From: Rhodospirillales bacterium
Lineage (GTDB): Bacteria; Pseudomonadota; Alphaproteobacteria; Rhodospirillales; JASLLZ01
NCBI GenBank assembly: GCA_030754885.1
Contig: JASLZL010000013.1
Location: 866 to 64,865, forward strand
Length of the DNA stretch: 64,000 nucleotides
Direction: 5' to 3'
Shown here: in pieces, positions 57,516 to 64,000 of the stretch
Numbering within the stretch: position 1 is the stretch's first letter
Layout: every line of letters starts with the position of its first letter
The notes under the pieces: generated by a model
The model's input: only the letters and a program-made list of their open reading frames with translations
Told to the model about the DNA's origin: nothing
The model's database searches: none
Position numbers and translations under genes: made by a program

Positions 57516-58685
57516 GTGACCGAGAGACACGAACCGGGGGTGGCTTTGGACGACACCGACGTACTCGTGGTGGGCGGCGGTATTGTCGGATGTTCGACCG
57601 CGTACTACCTGGCTCGCTTTGGCGTCGATGTGGCGCTCGTCGAACGGGACGACCTCAATACCGGCGCTTCGGGTGCCAATGCGGGAAGCCTGCACGCGCA
57701 ACTGACGTCGCGCTACTTCGCCGATGGACCGCCGTCGCGCGTTGAGGCGGCGGCCCGCGCCCTCATTCCCCTGTCGCGTGAGGCCGTGGATACCTGGGAA
57801 GAGCTTTCCCGCGACCTCGACCACGATATCGAGTTCATGAAGGGCGGCGGCCTCATGGCAGCCGAGAGCGCGGCCGAAATGGATTTATTGCGGCGCAAGG
57901 CAAGTCTTGAACAAGCCGCAGGGCTGGATGTCCATCTTCTCTCGCGCTCGGAAGCAAGGTCTTTTGCGCCTTACCTTGCGGAGACGGTTCAGGGCATTGA
58001 GGTCTGCCCCATCGAAGGCAAAATCAATCCGCTTTTAGCGACGCCGGCCCTGGCCCGTGGAGCCACACGGTCCGGCGCCCGCATCCACCGGCGGGCAGGA
58101 CTCTTGTCTCTGGAGCGCGACGGAGGCGGTTTCCTGGCCAAGACTGCACGCGGTGTTGTCCGTTGCCGCCGCGTCGTTGTTGCCGCCGGGGTCGGGGCCG
58201 CGGCCGTCGCCGCCATGGTCGGCCTTTGCCTTCCCGGAGAGGCACGGCTTCAGCATATGAATGTCACCGTCCGTACCCGGCCGATGCTCCCCCATCTCGT
58301 GCAGCACGCCGGCAAACGGCTGACCATGAAGCAAAGTGCCAGCGGCACGGTCATCATCGGCGGCGGACTACCGGCCCGGCGCGATCCGGCGACCGGCAAG
58401 ATCCAGGTGTTACGCGACAGCATTGAGGCCAACCTCAAGACGGCCCGGAATCTTGTCCCCGGCACGGCGCGGCTCCAATTGCTGCGCACTTGGGGTGGCG
58501 AGAGCCTAATGACCGATGGCAACCCGATCTTGGGCGGCGTTTCCTCGGTACCGGACTTTCATTTGGCGATTCCCGCCAACTCGGGCACCACCACCGGACC
58601 CCTTTGCGCCCGGTTGTTGGCCGAATCCCTGTCGGACCGGCGGCCATCCCTCGACCTGGATGCGTTCTCTATCGAACGCTATTGA
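57516..58685 (+). CDS. DAO-family FAD-dependent oxidoreductase (copy 3)
   Basis: TDVLVVGGGIVGCSTAYYLARFGVDVALVERDDLNTGASGANAGSLH. The ORF 57267..58685 overlaps the PhyH gene, so I trimmed to the GTG at 57516 (a TTG at 57501 is also possible). Confidence 0.8.
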   Translation: MTERHEPGVALDDTDVLVVGGGIVGCSTAYYLARFGVDVALVERDDLNTGASGANAGSLHAQLTSRYFADGPPSRVEAAARALIPLSREAVDTWEELSRDLDHDIEFMKGGGLMAAESAAEMDLLRRKASLEQAAGLDVHLLSRSEARSFAPYLAETVQGIEVCPIEGKINPLLATPALARGATRSGARIHRRAGLLSLERDGGGFLAKTARGVVRCRRVVVAAGVGAAAVAAMVGLCLPGEARLQHMNVTVRTRPMLPHLVQHAGKRLTMKQSASGTVIIGGGLPARRDPATGKIQVLRDSIEANLKTARNLVPGTARLQLLRTWGGESLMTDGNPILGGVSSVPDFHLAIPANSGTTTGPLCARLLAESLSDRRPSLDLDAFSIERY

Positions 58686-58695
58686 CGGACCCGCG

Positions 58696-59634
58696 TCACG
58701 CCGTCTTGGCCAGGCTCCCCTCGAGGACGCCGGCGCGGATCAGGACGTCCCTAAGTTCGCCTTCCTCGGCCGGTGTCAGGGGCGAGACGTGATCGCGGGG
58801 CACGCCCGCCGGCAGCCCAATCATGTTGAGAGCCGCCTTCAATCCCGCCGGCGGTGTGCCCACGGTGTGCAGGAGAGCCTGGTTCACCAAGCCGTAACGG
58901 TAGTGAAGATCGAACCGTTCCGCCGGCGTCATGTCATGTATGTCCAAGAACTTGCGGCAATCGGCGCCGAACATTTCGGGCCCGGTGCCGACGAAACCGC
59001 CGGAACCCAACAGCAGGGCGGGAATCATGGTAAGGCGTTGACCGTAGAGAAAGGGGAATCGATCGCCCATCTCGGCCAACATGGTGGTGATGTGGTCCAT
59101 GTCGGGCGGCGCGTCCTTGACCACGTCCACCGGCGCCACGTCGCAGATCGAGCGCAGCACGTCGGCGGTGATGTTGAAGTGCGAGATAAGCGGCAGGTTG
59201 TAAACCATCATGCGCAGCGGCGCCGCCTGAGCCACCGCCTGGAAGCGCTCGACGATCTTGTCGGCCGAGGCGTCGTGGATGGGGGGCTGGCAGAGGCTGA
59301 TGCCGGGCGCTCCGGCGGTGGCCGCAATCTCGGCCCGTTCGATGCAGCGCCGGTTGGACGTCCGCGTCACGTTGACGTAGAACGGAATTCTATCAGCGAT
59401 CGTCTTGGCCGCTGTCTCCGTCACCTGGCGCAACTCGTCATCGCTCAGCGCGTAACCCTCACCGTTGTCGCCGGCGATCAGCAAAGTGTCGACCCGTACC
59501 ACGTCGAGGTAGTAGCGCAGGACCTCGGCATAGGCGTCCAGCATTAACTCGCCCTTGGGATTAAACGGCGTGGCCGGCGCCGCACAGTGAATCTGTCCCT
59601 GGAACGGGGAATGGGTATAGGTCTTATCCATCAT
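58696..59634 (-). CDS. DapA/DHDPS-fold protein, type-1 copy B
   Basis: MMDKTYTHSPFQGQIHCAAPATPFNPKGELMLDAYAEVLRYYL aligns residue-for-residue with MAIDKTYTESSFRGQIHCPAPVTPFSPKGELLLDAYAEILRYHL of 31399..32343. Also AGDNGEGYAL and VDVVKDAP. AGAGAGAGG RBS before the ATG at 59634. Confidence 0.85.
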   Translation of the reverse strand: MMDKTYTHSPFQGQIHCAAPATPFNPKGELMLDAYAEVLRYYLDVVRVDTLLIAGDNGEGYALSDDELRQVTETAAKTIADRIPFYVNVTRTSNRRCIERAEIAATAGAPGISLCQPPIHDASADKIVERFQAVAQAAPLRMMVYNLPLISHFNITADVLRSICDVAPVDVVKDAPPDMDHITTMLAEMGDRFPFLYGQRLTMIPALLLGSGGFVGTGPEMFGADCRKFLDIHDMTPAERFDLHYRYGLVNQALLHTVGTPPAGLKAALNMIGLPAGVPRDHVSPLTPAEEGELRDVLIRAGVLEGSLAKTA

Positions 59635-59752
59635 CGCGTTGCCTCTCTCTGAATTCATGCCGGGCCGACACAGGCAAGGTATAGCACAGGCAAGTCACTC
59701 TGCGTTATGATCCCGCCGTGTGGCGGCACGATCTCACGGGGGAAGGACGATC

Positions 59753-61006
59753 ATGGCTAAAAAAGAGATCGAAGGCGACTGGGTCCTCGGATGGCCCGAC
59801 CGCAAGAGGCCCATGCACAAGCAAAGCAAGGACGCCGAGGGCCGCGTCATCGGGGCCCGGACGCCGATTTTGGATCAAGAAGGGCTGATCACGCCGACCG
59901 ATGCGTCCTACATCGTGGCCCAATTGGGGATGCCCGAGCCCGTGCATCCGGACGATTTCACGGTTGCCATCTCGGGCGAGGTCGAACGCCCGGGCGACTT
60001 CACCCTCGACGATCTGCGCAAGCTTCCCGGCCACAGCATACGCGCCGTCATCGAATGCGCCGGAAACGACGGGGATTTCTTTGAATATCTTGGCGAGGGA
60101 AGCAATGCCAAGAAGCCGTCAATGGTGCTGGAGGAGGGCGACACCGTTCACTGGCGTCAGTCCTCGCCTGACGTCAATCCCGATGAGGTCGACGATTTTC
60201 TCGAGGGTCTGCCGACCACCTGCTTCCTCAGTTCCGGGGAATGGACGGGGGTGCCATTGGCCGAGGTCCTCAACCGCTGCGGCCTGAAATCCAACGCCGT
60301 CGCCGTGCGCGTCGAGGGCTGGGACAGGGGCCGGCCCGATCCGGTGGTCCAGTACCTGTCGGCGCGACGCACCGATTTCGATGTCGTCGATCCCGGCATC
60401 ATCAACTTTGACAAGGGCCTGCCCCTGGAAAAGGCGCTTCACCCCGACACAATTTTGGCGTGGTCCCATAACGGCGAATACCTGCGCCACGTCCATGGCG
60501 CGCCCTTGCGTCTGGTGGTGCCGGGTTGGGCCGGCAACTGGTGGATCAAGTGGATCCACAAGATCGAAGTCATGGACCATATGCCGGAGTGCTATCACCA
60601 AACCCATTACTTCATCTTCGCCAAGTCGCCCGACGACCCGGACAAGAAGATGATGACCGCCATGGGGGTCAAGACCTTGATCGTCGAGCCCAGGGACGAG
60701 GATTCACCCCTTTCCAAGGGCACCCACGTCGTGCGCGGCTTGGCTTGGAGCGGCGAGGGCACCATCACCCAGGTCGAGGTCAGCACCGACGGCGGCGAGA
60801 CGTGGACCGAGGCCCACGTCGAAAAGACGGGGGATAAATGGCTCTGGTCGCGCTGGTCCTGTGTGTGGGAAGTCGATAAGCCCGGCACCTACGCCATCAT
60901 GGCCCGGGCCACCGACGAGAAAGGCCGCCGCCAGCCGCAAACGGAGTGGAATTTCCAGCGCAAGCACTTCGACGGCATCGTTCCCGTCGACGTCACCGTT
61001 GAATAA
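59753..61006 (+). CDS. sulfite-oxidase-fold molybdopterin oxidoreductase (Mo-binding domain + dimerisation domain), apparently cytoplasmic
   Basis: The Cys-ligand context is IECAGNDG. The C-terminal Ig-like domain reads VRGLAWSGEGTITQVEVSTDGGETWTEAHV...WSRWSCVWEVDKPGTYAIMARATDEKGRRQP. There is no signal or twin-arginine peptide at the N terminus (MAKKEIEGDWVLGWPDRK). Confidence 0.8.
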   Translation: MAKKEIEGDWVLGWPDRKRPMHKQSKDAEGRVIGARTPILDQEGLITPTDASYIVAQLGMPEPVHPDDFTVAISGEVERPGDFTLDDLRKLPGHSIRAVIECAGNDGDFFEYLGEGSNAKKPSMVLEEGDTVHWRQSSPDVNPDEVDDFLEGLPTTCFLSSGEWTGVPLAEVLNRCGLKSNAVAVRVEGWDRGRPDPVVQYLSARRTDFDVVDPGIINFDKGLPLEKALHPDTILAWSHNGEYLRHVHGAPLRLVVPGWAGNWWIKWIHKIEVMDHMPECYHQTHYFIFAKSPDDPDKKMMTAMGVKTLIVEPRDEDSPLSKGTHVVRGLAWSGEGTITQVEVSTDGGETWTEAHVEKTGDKWLWSRWSCVWEVDKPGTYAIMARATDEKGRRQPQTEWNFQRKHFDGIVPVDVTVE

Positions 61007-61034
61007 GAGCCTATCCAAATAACGGAGGCGGTTC

Positions 61035-61838
61035 GTGCACATCGTCGTCTGCATAAAACAGATCCCCGATCCGGAGATGGCGCCGTCCCAGTTCCGCATC
61101 GACGAGGACGCCAAGACGGCGGTCCCCTGGCCGGGCTCGTCCCTGGTCCTTAGCCCCTTTGACGAACAGGCGGTGGAGGCCGCGCTGCGCGTCCGCGAAA
61201 CCCTTGGCGAAGCCAAGATCACACTTGTATGTTTGGGACCCGAGCAGGCGCGCGCGGCCATCAAGGCCGGTCTTGCGCTAGGCGCCGACGAAGGGGTGTT
61301 GCTCTCAGATCCCGCTTTCGAAGACGGCGACGCCATCACCACCGCCGTGGTACTGGCGAGGGCAATTGAAAAGATCGCCCCGTTCGATCTGGTACTCGCC
61401 GGACGCCAGGCGGCGGACACCGACGCCGGCGTCGTCGGTTGCGGAGTGGCTGAGCTGCTTGGCATCGCCGCCGTCACATTTGCCAGAGATATACAGATCG
61501 AAGACGGCCGGGCGCGCGTCGCCCGGGCGCTGGCCGACGGGACCGAGACCGTCGAGGCGCCCCTGCCCTTGGTGGTTACCGTCTCCCACGAAATGGGGCC
61601 GCCGCGCCACGCCAGCCTGCGTGAGACCATGCGGGCGGCAAAGAAGCCGGTGGAGGAATGGAGCGCCGCCGATCTCGACCTGCAACCGTCGGAGGTCGGC
61701 CAAGCCGCTGCCAGGCGCGTGGTCGAGCGTCTCTATATACCCACAAGCGACGTCACCTGCGAGTTTGTGGAAGGTGCCACCGCCCAAGAGCAGGCCGCCG
61801 ATCTGGTCGAGCGGTTGCGCCAGGCCGAGGTTCTATGA
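61035..61838 (+). CDS. etfB: electron transfer flavoprotein beta subunit
   Basis: GTG start. MHIVVCIKQIPDPE and LVLAGRQAADTDAGVVG, 267 aa. Confidence 0.9.
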   Translation: MHIVVCIKQIPDPEMAPSQFRIDEDAKTAVPWPGSSLVLSPFDEQAVEAALRVRETLGEAKITLVCLGPEQARAAIKAGLALGADEGVLLSDPAFEDGDAITTAVVLARAIEKIAPFDLVLAGRQAADTDAGVVGCGVAELLGIAAVTFARDIQIEDGRARVARALADGTETVEAPLPLVVTVSHEMGPPRHASLRETMRAAKKPVEEWSAADLDLQPSEVGQAAARRVVERLYIPTSDVTCEFVEGATAQEQAADLVERLRQAEVL

Positions 61839-61847
61839 GGCCCGGCC

Positions 61848-62837
61848 ATGACCGATAAATCGGGCGTCGTGGTCCTCATCGAATGCGAGGATGGGGCGCC
61901 GGTCCCCATGTCCACAGAGTTGCTGGGTCTGGCCCGAAGCCTGGCCGACAAGACCGGCGGGTCCGTCACCGCCCTCGCGCTCGGCAGCGGCATCGCAGGC
62001 GCCGGCGATATCCTTGTCGCTCACGGCGCGGACCGGGTCTACCTGGCCGATGACCCGATCTTCACGCCCTATCAGGCCGACGCCTGGATGGCCGTCCTGG
62101 TCGAAACCCTACGCGATCTGGCGCCCGCCGCCGTTCTGGCCGGCCATGGTGCGGTCGGGGCGGACCTGGCACCGCGCCTGGCCTTTCGCCTGGAGAGCGC
62201 CGCCGTCACGGATTGCATCGCGGTCAGCGCCGAGGGCGGGGGACTTACGTTCACCCGGCCCTGTTACGGCGGCAAGGCGCACGAGGTGGTGTCGGTAAAG
62301 ACGGCGCCGGCCGTCGTTACCCTGAGGGCCAAGTCCCACGCCCCGGCGACACCTGATGAGGATCGCCAAGGCGAGGTGATCGTGCTCTCACCCGACATCG
62401 ACCCCGCGAACATCCGCGTTCGCATCGTCGAGAAGCGCCGGGAAACAGATGACGGCCAGCGCCTGGACACGGCCCGCGTCATCGTCGCCGGCGGCCGCGG
62501 TCTCGACGGCGCCGAGGGATTTCAGATCGCCGGCGATTTGGCCCAGACCCTTGGCGGGGCGCTTGGGGCGAGCCGCGTCGCCTGCGATCTGGGATGGTGC
62601 CCGCCGTCGCGCCAGATTGGGCTTTCGGGACGCACGGTGGCGCCGGAGCTTTACCTGGCCCTTGGCATATCGGGCGCCGCCCAGCACATGTCGGGCTGTG
62701 CCGGGGCGAAGACCATCGTCGCTGTCAACACGGACGCGCAAGCACCGATCTTCAAGTATTGCCGCTTCGGCGTCATCGGCGACTGCCGGGAACTCGCCGC
62801 CGCCCTGATCGCCGCCCTCGATAAATCCAAGGGATAA
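61848..62837 (+). CDS. etfA: electron transfer flavoprotein alpha subunit
   Basis: The C-terminal FAD-binding block is VIVAGGRGL...LGGALGASRVACDLGWCPPSRQIGLSGRTVAPELYLALGISGAAQHMSG...IVAVNTD. Length is 329 aa. Confidence 0.9.
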   Translation: MTDKSGVVVLIECEDGAPVPMSTELLGLARSLADKTGGSVTALALGSGIAGAGDILVAHGADRVYLADDPIFTPYQADAWMAVLVETLRDLAPAAVLAGHGAVGADLAPRLAFRLESAAVTDCIAVSAEGGGLTFTRPCYGGKAHEVVSVKTAPAVVTLRAKSHAPATPDEDRQGEVIVLSPDIDPANIRVRIVEKRRETDDGQRLDTARVIVAGGRGLDGAEGFQIAGDLAQTLGGALGASRVACDLGWCPPSRQIGLSGRTVAPELYLALGISGAAQHMSGCAGAKTIVAVNTDAQAPIFKYCRFGVIGDCRELAAALIAALDKSKG

Positions 62838-62856
62838 CGACGCCCCAAAAAGAAAA

Positions 62857-62881
62857 ACGGGCCGCCCAATGGACGGCCCGT
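62857..62881. terminator. hairpin terminator between convergent etfA and the repeat-protein gene
   Basis: ACGGGCCG-CCCAATGGA-CGGCCCGT, an 8-bp GC-rich stem flanked by an A-run upstream and T-rich sequence downstream. Confidence 0.5.
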
Positions 62882-62906
62882 TCGTCGGTTTATGAAAGCC
62901 GTCAGG

Positions 62907-64000
62907 CTAATTGATGAGTGGTACGTCAAGGGTGACGACTGTGTTGCCGTCAACGTCCTCGCTGACCGAGTAACCGGAGCCCTCCTGGGCCCTGAGGGTG
63001 ACCTCGACAGAATCGCCGCCTTCGTTCGTGGCTCCAATCACGGTCTCGTGAGTCTCGGCGTTGAATGCAACGACGACGTCATCTCCGCTGAAGCCCTCGA
63101 ACACCAGCGCGTCGTCGATACCAAAATCAACGACAACGTCATCACCCGCGTCGGCATCGAACGTGAAGATGTCTCTACCGCCGCCGCCGAAGAGGAAGTC
63201 GTCGTCAATGCCACCGAATAGCACATCACTCTCGTCGGTACCGACAAATACATTACTGTCGGTCACGTCGAGAGCGGTCACTGTCAAGCCGTCGGTCGAG
63301 AAGATCGGGTCGAACAGGGCGCCGTCGTCGGTATCGAGCAAGCCGCCGATCGAGTCGAAAAATCCGCTACCCACGCCGCCCCAACTCAGCACATTGTACT
63401 GACCGCCGAAATTCACCTCGGAACCGTCGGCCAAGCTGATGTTCAGCGCTCCGCCCATTACCATGTCGCCGCCGACTACCAACGAGGTCGAGCTTTCGCC
63501 GATGGTGGCGTTGTAAACCGTGTCCTCACCAAGCGAGACATTGTCGCCGACGGTGACGGTGACGGTGTTGGTGAAACTGGCGTCATTGCTGAGCTCCAGG
63601 TCATCACCGATGGTGAGGGTGCCGGCGTTGGTGAAACTGGCGTCATAGTCGAGATCCAGGTCACCACCGATGGTGAGGGTGCCCAAGTTGTCGAAGCTGC
63701 CGCTGCCCCAAACATTCAGCTCGTCGGCAACGTCGATGGTGCCGGCCACGTAGTTGGTGAAGGTGGCGGACGTGTCCGACCAGCCGCCAACATCCAGGTC
63801 GTTGTCGACGTCGATGGTGCCGTAGTTCTGGAAACTGGGGGAATCGCCGCCGCCTTCGCCCCAACTCTCGACCTGCAGTTCGTCATCAACGTTGATCTGG
63901 CCGTAGTTGACGAAGCTCGCGTCGTCGTAGACCTCAAGGTCCTCGTCGACGTCGACGGTGCCGGTGCCATAGTTGGTGAAGCTGGAACTGCCCCAGACCT
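62907..64000 (-). CDS. large secreted repeat protein with C-terminal RTX-like Ca-binding nonapeptides (N terminus outside the window)
   Basis: The frame is open from 62907 to the window edge. My translation of 63750..63998 continues the repeats (SSFTNYGTGTVDVDEDLEVYDDA / SFVNYGQINVDDELQVESWG... / SFQNYGTIDVDNDLDVGGW... / SFTNAGTLTIGDDLELSNDA). The C-terminal part carries GTDESDVLFGGIDDDFLFGGGGRDIFTF (GGxGxD-type) and is very acidic and Cys-free. Confidence 0.75.
   Translation of the reverse strand, partial: VWGSSSFTNYGTGTVDVDEDLEVYDDASFVNYGQINVDDELQVESWGEGGGDSPSFQNYGTIDVDNDLDVGGWSDTSATFTNYVAGTIDVADELNVWGSGSFDNLGTLTIGGDLDLDYDASFTNAGTLTIGDDLELSNDASFTNTVTVTVGDNVSLGEDTVYNATIGESSTSLVVGGDMVMGGALNISLADGSEVNFGGQYNVLSWGGVGSGFFDSIGGLLDTDDGALFDPIFSTDGLTVTALDVTDSNVFVGTDESDVLFGGIDDDFLFGGGGRDIFTFDADAGDDVVVDFGIDDALVFEGFSGDDVVVAFNAETHETVIGATNEGGDSVEVTLRAQEGSGYSVSEDVDGNTVVTLDVPLIN

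Noticed and set aside
36572-61006. Organosulfonate hypothesis linking the TauD-family dioxygenase (sulfite release) with the sulfite-oxidase-fold Mo enzyme
   Set aside because: The two genes are about 23 kb apart in different operons. TauD/TfdA-family members act on many non-sulfonate substrates, and no sulfonate transporter or other desulfonation genes are visible. This is too speculative to report as a finding.
1-64000. CRISPR arrays, IS elements/transposases, integrases, rRNA genes, toxin-antitoxin pairs or known defence-system genes
   Set aside because: Reading both strands and the ORF track gave no regularly spaced direct repeats, no DDE/tyrosine-recombinase-like ORFs, no terminal inverted repeats and no characteristic defence domains. 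The absence is by eye only and should be confirmed with dedicated tools.

Overview
GC-rich chromosomal segment of alphaproteobacterial type (GcrA regulator, class I lysyl-tRNA synthetase, 17-kDa-antigen-like lipoprotein). It is almost fully coding, and most extra ORFs in the track are antisense or out-of-frame artefacts of high GC. Positions 1-25 kb hold housekeeping and miscellaneous genes. These include part of the selenocysteine machinery: a tRNA-Sec that I folded by hand sits directly upstream of selD, with selA 2 kb away. Also here are a GAF/HD-GYP phosphodiesterase coupled to a secreted thermonuclease, ubiD, lysK, metY, methylmalonyl-CoA mutase and gcrA. Positions 25-63 kb form an enzyme-dense catabolic island built largely from paralogues: 2 PhyH-type dioxygenases, 3 DAO-type flavoproteins, 4 DapA-fold enzymes, 6 SDRs and 2 enolase-superfamily genes (a third lies at 11.4 kb). 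It also carries TauD, RidA, a class III aminotransferase, a PLP decarboxylase, CoA-transferase/thiolase/hydroxyacyl-CoA dehydrogenase genes, an amino-acid ABC importer lacking an ATPase gene, a cytoplasmic sulfite-oxidase-fold Mo enzyme followed by etfBA, and a truncated RTX-like repeat protein. I saw no obvious transcription factor in the island. Positions 43.8-46.4 kb look like a decay zone: a CHAT C-terminal remnant, a TPR gene split by a frameshift from a eukaryote-like protein arginine methyltransferase (PRMT) homologue, and an aat gene with an internal in-frame deletion. I found no CRISPR array, IS element, integrase, rRNA or recognisable defence system. The most interesting items are the duplicated PhyH/DAO/DapA module with its conserved membrane-anchored TPR-like partner, the bacterial TPR-PRMT, and the Mo-enzyme-ETF operon. 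All functional calls come from reading motifs by eye; no database search was possible.
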